A stretch of DNA of 42,332 bases from Nemertoderma westbladi. Lineage: Eukaryota > Animalia > Xenacoelomorpha. The notes below the pieces were generated by a model. It ran no database searches, was not told the DNA's origin, and saw only the letters and a list, made by a program, of their open reading frames with translations. The stretch is taken from positions 1 through 42,332 of the forward strand of contig JAUCBJ010002704.1 in the NCBI GenBank assembly GCA_032718475.1, in the 5' to 3' direction. The position numbers and the translations under genes are program-made. Positions 13,274 through 24,300 of this stretch are shown here, piece after piece; within the stretch, counting starts at the first letter, position 1, and every line of letters begins with the position of its first letter.

Positions 13274-13998
13274 ATGATTGGCCACTCGGAGAACATGGTG
13301 GTGACTTGGATATCCTCAGTGCACGACGCGGCTAATGCATGCCGCACCACTGCGCAAACATACCTATCTACCTGTTCCAGTACCCGGTCCATCGCCTCGG
13401 GTGCATGTTCTCAAATGAGTGCCGTTCGGCCCATCAGGAACTCAAAGCCAAACTTGAACTCGAAAAACTTCGACAAAATTAAGTCAGTCCAAACTGTATC
13501 TTTCTCGGTTGGAAATATTTCCAATGCAGGCACCAGGTTCCGGGTACCCGACGCCTACACTGTTCCTATACTGAACGTCCCTTCCTATCACCTCGAGGCA
13601 CCCCGACTGAAAGAGAGATGGAAGCACCTCTCCAATTTGGATCTATCTTCCTTAGACTCCAGTAAAGTTGGCCTCCTACTCGGAGCCAATGTATTCAATG
13701 CCATCTGTTCCCATGGCTATCATGCGGGACCCCCCTGCTCACCCTATGCGGTCCTCACAAACTTCGGATGGACCTGAACATCTAGCATCGAGTTCAGAGA
13801 CTCTGGTACCGACAACGGCGAGCAGCTTCACATTATGCATGTCCAGGACTCTGCTGTTCCCGCCGTCCCCACTGCTGTGGAAACCGACGCCGCCTTCCAC
13901 GAACAGGTCCAGCGGTCCTGGGCCACTGAATCGCACGGAACACTTACTGACTCATCCAAACTCCTCTCTCGGGACGACCAGGCTGCGTTGAAAATCCT
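13274..13998 (+). mobile_element. Old BEL/Pao pol fragment, left part (protease-RT linker), degenerate
   Basis: WKHLSNLDL..VGLLLGANV..GPPCSPYAVLTNFGWT (BEL P.A..T..GW motif) followed by WATESHGT..LSRDDQAALKIL; frameshifted; continues at 33811. Confidence 0.8.
13945..13998 (+). repeat. 54-bp target-site duplication of the RTE LINE, left copy
   Basis: TACTGACTCATCCAAACTCCTCTCTCGGGACGACCAGGCTGCGTTGAAAATCCT is repeated at 33811-33864 with 2 mismatches. Confidence 0.9.
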
Positions 13999-15677
13999 CA
14001 TGCAATTCATGGATCAGCATACATTCTTAACATTCCTGGGAGACTTTAATGCAAGTCTGCATCAATCACCTACATCGCCCTGGGTCTATAGCAATTGTGT
14101 CAACCGAAATTCCGCCCATCTTCAGGATTTTATCTCTGGAAATTGACAGTTTTCGGCTGGAACCCAGTTCAAGAAGCGAACTGGAAAGCTATGGACTCAT
14201 AGTGGACCCAGTGGTCACAAGTCCCAGATAGACCATATTCTGTTTCGTAGGAAGTACAGGAGCTCTATACAAGACTGTAATGCATTTACACTTCGACCCT
14301 TCTCCAGTGATCACCGCCTTATTGTGGCCAAGGTAAGACTTAGTCAGCGTGCTAGCAGAACAACGAAATCTACCTTGCCGGGACATGACTGGTCCTCTCT
14401 GTTGCAACAGCCAAGTGTGAGATACAGCTTCACACTACAGCTGAGCAACAGGTATGAGGTTCTTGCCTCTGAGGCGGCAGATCACTGTGAGGGCTATACT
14501 GCCTTCACAGAAGCAGTTAAGTTAGCAGCTGCAGAAACAGTTCCTGTATACACTCGAAATAGGAAATGGGCCCCCTGGACTGACAACAAATTCCAGAAGT
14601 GCCGAAATGTCCTATATAGGGCGCAGAAAGAGTCCCGACTCAAACAGACTACAGCGGCGAAGGCAGTTAAGGCTGCATCTAGATCCCTGAACAGGCAGTA
14701 CTCTGTTAATCTACAGGAGCTAATAAACCAACAGGTTGTTGCCATCAATGATGCCGACGACAGCACGCAATCATCCCAGGCATGGAAATCGATCAACTTG
14801 CTTACTGGGCGGAAAAGCCAACCAACCACCAAGGTTAAGGCTGAATCACCAGCCGATCGCCTCAATGGTTGGAAGGCCCACTTTGAAAAGCTCCTCAATA
14901 TTGACAGGGTATTGCCTGATAACTTTATAGAAGTAAAAGTGTCTGAGTCTGTACTCCCAGATATTCCCATTGGCGATATCTCCTTTGCAGAAGTGAAGGC
15001 TGCTGCAAAGAGCATTAAGACCAATCGTGCCTGTGGAGTAGATGGTGTTCCCCCCTTTTTTTTATCCCATCATAGTAGTCATGTACCGAACAACAAGAGT
15101 CCCACAAGAAATGAAAACAAATAAGTTGGTGCCAGTTCCCAAGAAGGGCAACCTAACACTCTATGGTTCTTTTCGGGGAATCTCATTGATCTCGATTGCT
15201 GCAAAGCTATACAATAGAATTATATTAAATCGCATCAGGTATCCCATTGAGAGACTGCTCCGTGGAAATCAGAATGGGTTCCGTAAAGGTCGTGGGACCA
15301 TGGAGCCCATTTTGGCACTTAGAAGGATAATTGAAGAGTTATCATAAAAGAAAGACAAGCATCTGGGTGTTATCTTTGTTGACTTCTTCAAGGCCTTTGA
15401 TTCAGTCTCCCGATCACGTATGTTCAGCATACTTTCATTATATGGGATTCCTGATGAAATTATTGCAGCAATCAGATCAGTATACGTTGGTTCGACAACA
15501 TTTGTGTCTACTGTTGATGGTGACACAGAACCATTTGAAGTGTTATGGGGCGTCCTCCAGGGAGACACACTTGCACCATTCTTGTTCATAATTGTGGTTG
15601 ACTATGTTCTACGCATGTCCTTAGATCATCATAATGATGATGGGGTGATGATAACTCCACCTACTGGTTCCAGAAGT
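13999..15677 (+). mobile_element. RTE-clade LINE, 5'-truncated, left part (APE C-terminus, linker, RT N-half), pseudogenised
   Basis: LGDFNA, QIDHILFR and SDHRL endonuclease motifs; RT motifs VPKKGNL..FRGISLISIAAKLYNRII, QNGFRKGR, FVDFFKAFDSV, GVLQGDTLAPFLFIIVVDYVLR; stops and frameshifts. Confidence 0.9.
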
Positions 15678-16846
15678 TGTAAAAGCTTTTGCGTCATTAA
15701 CCGGTTATTTTCCCTTAAAGTACTCTGTAGTTGGTTTGCCAGGCATAAAAAGGCCGTGTCCTTGCTGTACTGGTGTTTTAGAGGACATAAAAGTCATTTC
15801 TTCTGTATTTGTACTGTATTTGTACTTTAGAGGACATAATCCGCAATCTCGTGACGCGATAAGCTAGATACTCTTGAAAACAGTGTCGCTACCATGACGA
15901 CGGCTAACAGCTGATATTGCCACGTCGACATTTCTTTGTTTCTTTGTTCTCTAGTTGTTCGGTTGACCAATCAGAGCGTTTTTTGTCTCTGTGTTGGAGG
16001 TGTATACAGAACTCAGTAGTTCAGTGTGTTGTTTTTGCCCAGAGCCTAAGAACATCGGCTTTTGGCACCTCCGTATATCAGCATTCTTTAGCTTTACATT
16101 AGTAGGCTTAATTATAGAACGTATATCTGTTATCAATGCAATTCATACAAATCAAACCAATTATATGTAATTCATATCTTACATTACTGCTTTTACTGTT
16201 GGTTATTCGTTATATTTGTTGATGAAATATTATATCGGAATACTGATCAATAGTCAGACACCCCACCTTCTTGATATACTAAAGGTTAGAGAGACCGGTT
16301 ACAGATAAACGATTGCGACCTATGTTGAGTGGTTTGAAGTGAATCTAATGCTATTTCATATGCCCAACATAAATTGTCTGTTGCTCTCTTTATACGTGAC
16401 TAAATTTAGTGAAGGTCGGCAGATTAGTGAGCAGTATTGTGCAGCATTGTGTATGATTGTAACTGATAACAAAGCATCTCCTAAAGAATGCGCCATATAC
16501 ATAAATCTATAGCCTTTTCGTTGTGTCTGGTTTAAGTCATAACTCTGTTTACATATTTAGAGCGCCACGTCCTAAAGGAACTGTTAATATTTCCCGAAAG
16601 TGAATAATATTTGTCAGAGATTATATATTACGATCAGTCGAATAATACGGTAGGCTTACACTATCAATCATTAAGCTCCGAACTCAGTCTCCCGGGTATA
16701 TCCAACGGGTGAATGATTGCGCATAGACTGGCTTCGGCTAATGTAGTGTATCAAATACTCGTCATAAAGCTAAAGAATATATATCATCTAAAAGACATTC
16801 TAATTTTGGCAGGTTAAACTGTCAAAGGTCTTCAAAAGCGCAAACA
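15678..16846 (+). repeat. 5' LTR (1169 bp)
   Basis: Starts TGTAAAAGC, ends GCGCAAACA; matches 31857-33025 except C16236/T32415 and A16430/T32609 (by eye). Contains CCAAT (~15966), TATA-like GTATATCA (16073-16080) and Inr-like TTAGT (16099-16103). Confidence 0.97.
16123..16133 (+). promoter_or_regulatory. Putative self-primer ATATCTGTTAT in the LTR (second copy at 32302-32312)
   Basis: Exact reverse complement of the 11 nt abutting the 5' LTR (16847-16857). Confidence 0.75.
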
Positions 16847-16857
16847 ATAACAGATAT
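16847..16857 (+). promoter_or_regulatory. Non-tRNA primer-binding site ATAACAGATAT
   Basis: Directly follows the LTR terminal CA, does not start with TGG, and pairs with 16123-16133. Confidence 0.75.
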
Positions 16858-17129
16858 TGCTTCTGGATTGCGGTGTAAGCAATCTAGTAGAAAGTACCGG
16901 TCGACCGGTAACCAGTAGGCCTGACTGCCTGATCATCCGGACCGGTACCTACAGTAGTACAGGTACAGCAGTATTATTTGATTGTGGTATTGTATACCGG
17001 TAGGCTGTTTAAGAGATTAGGGACTGTACACCCCTTGTTTCTTTTGGAGCTTACTTATTTCTGTCAGTTTTATTTATTTGTAGGCCAGTATTGAGCAGAA
17101 GGCGTGTAAGCCTGCTCAGATTATACAGC

Positions 17130-17700
17130 TAATTTGTAGGCTTGACTGTTGGCTAACTGTTGATTAGGTCTGAACGGATTGCAGTGCATGTAGAGTGTAT
17201 GTCCGATAAAGAACGGTTAGGAAGTAGGGGCAGCCATAGCTGTAAGGTAAACCTCCATCTAAAGAATAAGTCGTACTACTGGGTTAGAACGCATACTACT
17301 TAACCATTTCGGAGTCTGCATGTCCTGTGGTTTATTTAGGCTTGATAGGAGTCCGCCAGCGTTTGGTCTGTACTTTGTTTGTGTAGTCTGTATGGGTAGC
17401 GTATAATTTTATTTAGATAATTTGTAGGCTGGATAGTTGTCTGGCTGCTGTTGTGTTTGAGGAAATTTCGGTGTGTGTAAAGCATCTGTCCGATAAAGAA
17501 CGGTTAGGAAGTAGGGGCAGCCATAGCTGTAAGGTAAACCGCCATCTAAAGAATAAGTCGTACTACTGGGTTAGAACGCATACTACTTAACCATTTCGGA
17601 GTCTGCATATACCGTAGTTTGTTTAGGCTTGATAGTAGTCTGTCAGTATTTGGTCTGCATTTTGTTTGAATAGTTTGTACGCGTAGCGTAATATTTATTA
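17130..17700 (+). repeat. Two ~287-bp leader repeats, each a long G.U-rich RNA stem-loop with a conserved 122-nt apex
   Basis: Cores 17200-17321 and 17487-17608 differ at 1 nt; the flanks are diverged in sequence but pair in both copies. Confidence 0.85.
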
Positions 17701-18649
17701 TTCAGAGTTTATGCGATTATTCGCAACATTCATATCCCCAAGTTTATTCCTACAGTAATTGTGTTTGTTATACATACCGTTATAGTTAAACTAACCCCGG
17801 TACTACATCAGGGCTGCTCGGCGTAGGTAAAGACTGGAGATTTTGTGCTTTGGTCACTCCGGCAGATACCGTGGTTCTTTTAGCTGTTCAAGTATTTTTA
17901 ACTACTAATTATTTGTTGTACAAGTACTTGTACCTAATTTAGGGTTTAGTGTACAGTACTTTCCGAAGGTAATTAGTGTGTAGGCAGTGTATTTGTGTTG
18001 TAAAGTGGTTAATAGGCACGTTGGTTCTGGTAGACCGCGGTAATTAACTTCTAGGTAGGGACACTCCATGATACATAACGTAGTACCTATAGCGATACGG
18101 TTATAGGTCGTCAGGCGGTGGTATTTTCCTATCTGGACAACGCAGTATATTTACTACTACTTATTATTTTCAAATACCGTAGTAACCTGTCCGTTGTAAT
18201 AACCAGATATTCTAACCCTTTGTTAGGCTGGTTAGTAGACTTCTTGTAAAATTACCCTAAAAATTCGTATTTGTGTATTTGTAATTAAAATTTTGTGTTT
18301 ATTTAGAGATTGTAATCTCAACCCGAATTGTACGTAATTTGTAGTATTAAGTAACTTAGGTAAATTAGAATTATTTGTTTTAGTGTCCAACAAGTAGCAC
18401 TCCACTGAGAGCGCACAGCTTATGTGTAGTGACTCCCCCAGAAATAATAACATTTATTTCAAACATTGACAAAACCCATTAAACGGGTATATATATATTA
18501 TAAATCAACTCAAACGATTTATAAATAGTAGGCCTGCCATATAACAATTAGGTCTCAATATCTGTTGGACTACTGCTCAAATAACGGCAATAAAGTAAGT
18601 TAAAGTAACCAAGTAACCCTTAAAATTCAGAAATTCAATTATTCTAAAA

Positions 18650-18910
18650 TAATTGACATACCGGTATTTACAATAGGCTTATTATATTTATTTCTATAAA
18701 TTTTAGGTTGAAATCATACCGGTATTCTGTAATTAATTCTAGTCTGTAATTATACTTATATATATACATTATAAGTGTAAACTACATACCGGTATCCACG
18801 ATAGGCCTATTATATATTTATATATTTGTGCTGAAATGATACCGGTATTCTGTAATTAACCTAGTCTGTAATAATACTTATATATACCCTAAGTATACCG
18901 GTATTCTAAT
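18650..18910. repeat. Five ATACCGGTAT palindromes at ~55-70 bp spacing within a ~120-bp duplicated unit upstream of gag
   Basis: Copies near 18658, 18716, 18786, 18839 and 18895. Confidence 0.8.
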
Positions 18911-19035
18911 ATTATATATCACGCTACACTGAGTAGCAGTATCGGTAATTAATTACTAGGCTAGCAGTTAAGGCTGAATTACTAAACTTGCTTAGACTGT
19001 AATATAGCAGTAGGCATTCAACTGTGTAAACAAAC

Positions 19036-21294
19036 ATGTCTGATACTAAGCAGAACCTGTCAGACAGTTTATTAGATGTAACTATCTGCGACTCAGATAA
19101 GGGTGTAGAACCGTCTAGTCCTAAATTCAGTTCACCTCCCACTGTGAGGAAAGTCATCCCTCCAGTAGTAATAACAGAACCTAGGCTGGTCCAACATCGT
19201 AGGTCTATCATAGGCACTCGAGCCCAGGTCAAGCGGGACCAAGAAGCAGCGGAACAGCAACAACCCGCGAGCCAAGAACTTATTTCTCAGCGGCCCGACA
19301 GCGCCAGTAGTGAAGATACTGTAGAGCTGACACCCGAGCGCGGAGCAAGGATGTCTGATGCGGTTTATTCGGATCCCCTTCTCATCCTTCCTGCAGCCGT
19401 ACTCACTAGGTTATTGATCGCGGTGGAAGAACACCAGATCGATTGGGCGAGAAGTAAGCGATCAACTAAAGATCGTTATGAGGGATACACAAGGGAAGAA
19501 CTGAAGTCTATGGTTGAGTCACAATGGAACTTCCCCGGACCCAGACTCCCGTTTGATTTATCAGAAGCTGCCTGGGAAGACATACACCGGATGGGAGTAG
19601 CCAAGGAAACCATCGATCCAGCTGTGTGGAAGAGGTCCGCAGCCGGATACGCACAGGGATTCTTCAGCTCTATGGAGCGAGTAGAAAAACAACTGTTTCA
19701 ACAACCTCAAGGACCTCAAGAGCAGGGACAACTGCTTTATCAAGTTAGAGAAAGAATTCTGCGAATCAGGCTAATATTATCAGCCTTTGAAGAAGCTTCT
19801 AAAAGAAAACAAGACATGTCGTTGCAAGTTGCCGTAAAGACTTGGTTTCAACGGGTGAGTCGCCAGGTTCAAGGAACAGCTCAGTGGAAAGCTCAGCTGG
19901 AGGAGCGCTCAACCCATGGAGAATCAACGGACACTACTTTTTCCCAAGTGGAAAGTGAAGCGACGGCAGAGAAACCGCATAAGAGGGATGCCATTGACAT
20001 CTATCTGTCAGACTATCAGCGTTTTTTGGGAGATGAAGAGTTGAGGAGAAGGCTAGATGGACTTAGCCCTAATAGTGAAGGAGCCCAGCGTGTGTTGGAT
20101 GCAATTGATGTGGATAGGTTAGTGGCGAACCAAGCTAAATTCGATGAACAACTCCGCATCGCTAGAGACCAAGAAGAAAGGGTGAAGAAAAAACGCATAG
20201 AAGACAGAAAGAAAGCAGCAGTAGCAGCTGCAGAAGCCGAAAGGAAAGCAGCCGAAGAGGAAAGTAAAGCAGCCGAAATGGAAAGAAAGGCGGCATCGGC
20301 AGCGGCAGAGGCAGAAGCGAAAAGAAAAGCAGCTGAAATGGAAAGAAAAGCGGCAATGGCAGCGGCAGAAGCAGAACGGATAGCGGCTGAAGAGATCGCC
20401 CAATTAGAATTGGAAAATATTCAGGAAAATCAAGACTGCATAAATAAACAGTTAACAGCTAGTAATATGCAGATGATGAATCGATCTACTCCCAAAAGAC
20501 AGGGATATACATCATCTGAGGAAGGCGATACCACCGATACTGAAGGCAAAGGAAATAGATCTCACCTAAGCCGACGTAAAAGAACATCCCACCGTCAGAA
20601 ATTGCCTGATTTGCCTCCAGCTGTTAGAAGGCAACTAAATAACACCAACTTAGGTAGTACAGAACCCACAGACCAAATAATTACAATAGAGAGACTCCCT
20701 ACTATAGTAGATGAGCCTGAAATAGTTAGGCCTGTTCCCGAAGCCACCCTTTCGGTCGTAGAGACACCTGTACTCCCTGAACCTACCTCTCAATTCCCGT
20801 TGCACAGCACTAAGCTACTTGTGCCCAGCAGAACAGCCCATGAGACAGTTCATGCCCTGGACTCCGAGCGAAATATTCATGATTTGTCGCCCGTTGTCCC
20901 TCGTCCACCCGCTACGACGTTGGCGGATCCCGTTTCGGCGGTTGATTGGGTGGACGAGAGACGGCGGGGGATGGACATTCTCCTCGAAAAGATGGAGGAG
21001 AATCGAGTACGCTCCTCCCAACAGGTCCGAGAGTTAGAAGGGACTGTTCAACAGTTAAAGGGAACCGTAAAGGAAAGTAGGTTAGAGTTGCAAGAAGTGC
21101 AGCAAAATATCGCGCTAGAACGTGATAAATTAGTAAATTTACAAAAGGGTATACCACCACCCCCTGTAACAATGTGTCAACCTGTTAGGTCTGAAGTATC
21201 TCATGCGCAAGGTGTGGAGCCTGCACGCATCTATACTGCTAGCGAAGTAGAAACTCCTATAGTGAACCCTATTAAGGGTAATTATAGATGTTGA
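19036..21294 (+). CDS. BEL/Pao Gag N-terminal region, 752 aa, coiled-coil and low-complexity; probably joined to the next ORF by a frameshift
   Basis: First long ORF of the element; AAEMERKAA-type A/E/K/R helical repeats and a C-terminal heptad region; the next frame is open from 21266, overlapping this stop. Confidence 0.8.
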   Translation: MSDTKQNLSDSLLDVTICDSDKGVEPSSPKFSSPPTVRKVIPPVVITEPRLVQHRRSIIGTRAQVKRDQEAAEQQQPASQELISQRPDSASSEDTVELTPERGARMSDAVYSDPLLILPAAVLTRLLIAVEEHQIDWARSKRSTKDRYEGYTREELKSMVESQWNFPGPRLPFDLSEAAWEDIHRMGVAKETIDPAVWKRSAAGYAQGFFSSMERVEKQLFQQPQGPQEQGQLLYQVRERILRIRLILSAFEEASKRKQDMSLQVAVKTWFQRVSRQVQGTAQWKAQLEERSTHGESTDTTFSQVESEATAEKPHKRDAIDIYLSDYQRFLGDEELRRRLDGLSPNSEGAQRVLDAIDVDRLVANQAKFDEQLRIARDQEERVKKKRIEDRKKAAVAAAEAERKAAEEESKAAEMERKAASAAAEAEAKRKAAEMERKAAMAAAEAERIAAEEIAQLELENIQENQDCINKQLTASNMQMMNRSTPKRQGYTSSEEGDTTDTEGKGNRSHLSRRKRTSHRQKLPDLPPAVRRQLNNTNLGSTEPTDQIITIERLPTIVDEPEIVRPVPEATLSVVETPVLPEPTSQFPLHSTKLLVPSRTAHETVHALDSERNIHDLSPVVPRPPATTLADPVSAVDWVDERRRGMDILLEKMEENRVRSSQQVRELEGTVQQLKGTVKESRLELQEVQQNIALERDKLVNLQKGIPPPPVTMCQPVRSEVSHAQGVEPARIYTASEVETPIVNPIKGNYRC

Positions 21295-21367
21295 TAATGA
21301 TATTCCCTATAGACCGGATCATAATCCGAGAAATTTATATACCGATAACTCGATATTAAATAACACG

Positions 21368-24300
21368 ATGGCCCAAGAAAGTTTCACGCGTCAAATGGCT
21401 AGAACCGAAGCCCGGCAAGCGGTAAAGGTGGGAGAGATCATCAAGTTCAATGGAGATGAGATGAAATGGTTACCTTTTAATGAATATTACAAAGATAACA
21501 TACAGAACTCTGTGCTATCTAATGGAGAGAAACTTAGATTCCTCATCGAGTGCTTGGAAGGATCTCCCAAGTTAATGGCGTTAAAGTTTATTGGACATCC
21601 TGACGGATTAAGACAAGTTTGGGATACACTAAACATCAGGTATGGTAATAGGAATAACATAGCTGGGTATTTGTATGCAAAGTTGGTAGCGCCCCGAAAG
21701 TTTATTAGCAGCGGAATTATAGAGTTTTCCGATGAGATTCAGGAGATCTGCAGACAATTAGATTGGCTAGGTAAGTCTCATGAGTATCAGAATGCTATGG
21801 TTATTAGAGCAGTGGCTTCTACTTTACCGAAGGGTGGAGTAGGTACACGCTGGGATAAGAAAGTGCTATATATGATGGAACAACAACGACGAGACCCTAC
21901 CATGGCTGATCTCATGTCATTCCTAGATGGAGAAGTGAAATTACAGCTCCTGAAACTGTCCAGAGAGAAGACACCGGAAAACAAGGTAATTGAAAAACCC
22001 GTCGCTAGGAGAAAGGTAACACCAGTGTGTTATACAGATGATGGCGAAAGCCAGACTTCTCAAGGAGAAGATAGCGGGAAAGACACTGATAGATCTTATT
22101 ACGTAAATAAAATGCCTAAAGATCAGGTAAATAAATTCAAGTCTCGAACAAATGACAGGAGAGAACAGGTAAGAAAAACTCCTCCTACGTCTCCCAAGAT
22201 AATTCAGGTGAGAAAGCCCGAAGAAAAAGCAAGTGTACACAATGTTACTCAGAGTAAAGTAAGTAACATCAAACCGAAATGTGCGCTATGTGATGGAACC
22301 CATCGCTTAAATATGTGTGATGAATTTCTAAAGAAATCTTTAACTGAGAGACGTGAAGTCATGTGGGACAAGCGGTTGTGCTATAATTGCCTCAGACAAG
22401 GACACCAACGGCGAACCTGTTACTCTGACACAAGATGTGCCAAGTGCGGTGCGAAACATCATATCTTGTTGCACACTGAATTCGAGCGAAATAGTCCGAG
22501 TCAGGTAAGTGATTCCAAACTACATGTTCAATTCAGTGATGTGAACGACACTGATCAATCTGAGATGGAAGGATTCTATACGGACGAATTCTCCGACGAA
22601 AACGAATCCTGTTACATGATAAATACCACAGTGTATCGAGCACTCATTTATGAAAAAGATACAGACATTGACCTCGCTCTAACTACTTCTGATCGACAAC
22701 CATCTTGGAAAGCGCCAACTTCCAATGTAGGGATTAGAGAATTTCCTGTGGTACAGGTAAGGGTCCACGGACCAAAAAGGAGTTATGTAGTGAACGCCCT
22801 CCTTGACTCCGGTAGTACAGGAACATTCATCGACAAAGAGCTAGCCGAAGACATATTCGCTGGACAACCCAAGTTCCGAACTAAGCTAAACATGTCAGGA
22901 ATTATGCAAGTTTGGAAATCCACAGTAACCGCGGATTATTATGTAGGTGTGTTGTCCACCCCCCAGGACGAACTAGGAGAACATAGCATAAGGTCAGTGA
23001 AAATGGTGGCTATAAAGAACTTCGCTACTACTCAAGCAGACCTTTATAATTGGGACGAGGATGAGAGCATCCAACATCTTAAGATACCTCGATTCCAGAC
23101 AGATTATCCTGGAGTGCAAATACTCATCGGCCAAAACGCGCATGAGGCGCTCGAGACATTGGAGAAACGACCTGCTCAACCGCAACCTCTACAAGTTTAT
23201 GCGGGAAGAACTAGAGTAGGTTGGTACTTTACTGGCCCTTCCCGTAGAACTCTAATGGAAAGATTACCGAAAGATCAGATATATCAAGCGCGAGAATGGG
23301 AAGTTGAGAACAGTGAGTTCGACGATCCAACTGAGGGAACTCCATACTCCTCAGACAACGACGATATACATCAACTTTTTGATGAGGAGAATGCCATCGA
23401 TCTCCTTAAGGAAAGCGAGACTTGGCAAAATCAAGTGAACTTATGTCAACTCCTTCACCCATCTGAGCGAGACGACTATAACGATGAGCTTAATGACGTC
23501 ATTGAACGTTATAATGCCAAGACTCGGGATGAACACGCTGTGAGATTTTTTACTCAAGAGGTCGTAGAGCCCAACTCCTACGATAAGGCCCTATCGGTGG
23601 AGGAAGAAAGAGCCAAGCAGATCCAAGCGACAACTACTCGTTTTCTTAAAGATCAAGGTAGGTATGAGATCGGACTTCCTTTCCAAAAGCGAGAACCAAA
23701 GTTCATTAACAACAGACCTTTGGCAGAGAAAAGAATTGCTCAACTACATCGACGCCTTACGGCAAATTCTTCAGCTAAAGAAATGTATAAAACACAGTTG
23801 AAGAAGTTTATTAGCAAGGGATATGCGGAGCTAGTACCGGAAGAAACCCCTATAACTGAGAGAACGTATTACTTAACTCACCATTACGTTCCCAAACCCA
23901 GTAAACCCCATGAAGTACGAGTGGTGTTTGACGGTTCCGCCCTCTATATGGGCCAATCCCTTAATTCTGAATTGTTACCCGGACCCAACTTACTCCAATC
24001 TTTGTTGGGAATATTATTAAGGTTAAGACAATACTCCATTGCTTTCGCCTCAGATATAGAAGGCATGTTCTTACAAGTCAAAGCGCTGGATAGGGATCGA
24101 GATAGCCTACGATTTTTGTGGTGGCCTGAAGGAGACCTCAATAAGAAACCGGTGGAGTACTGGATGACCATCCAAGCTTTTGGGATAATCTCGAGCCCTT
24201 CAAATGCCTGTTCCGTGGTACGCACCACTGCAGATGACAACCGAGACGCCTTCTCTAAAGAAGTGATCGACAATATCAAACGAGACATCTACATGGACGA

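Noticed and set aside
15917-16136. Short ORFs in the LTRs (also 31815-32315)
   Set aside because: About 60 aa, no motifs, duplicated only because the LTR is.
16864-16881. tRNA PBS starting at TGGATTGCGG
   Set aside because: It lies 17 nt from the LTR end, too far for a PBS, and I recognise no matching tRNA 3' end.
17200-17321. Dicistrovirus IGR IRES (contains CAGCC)
   Set aside because: The other conserved loops and pseudoknot order are not evident; left as an unassigned structure.
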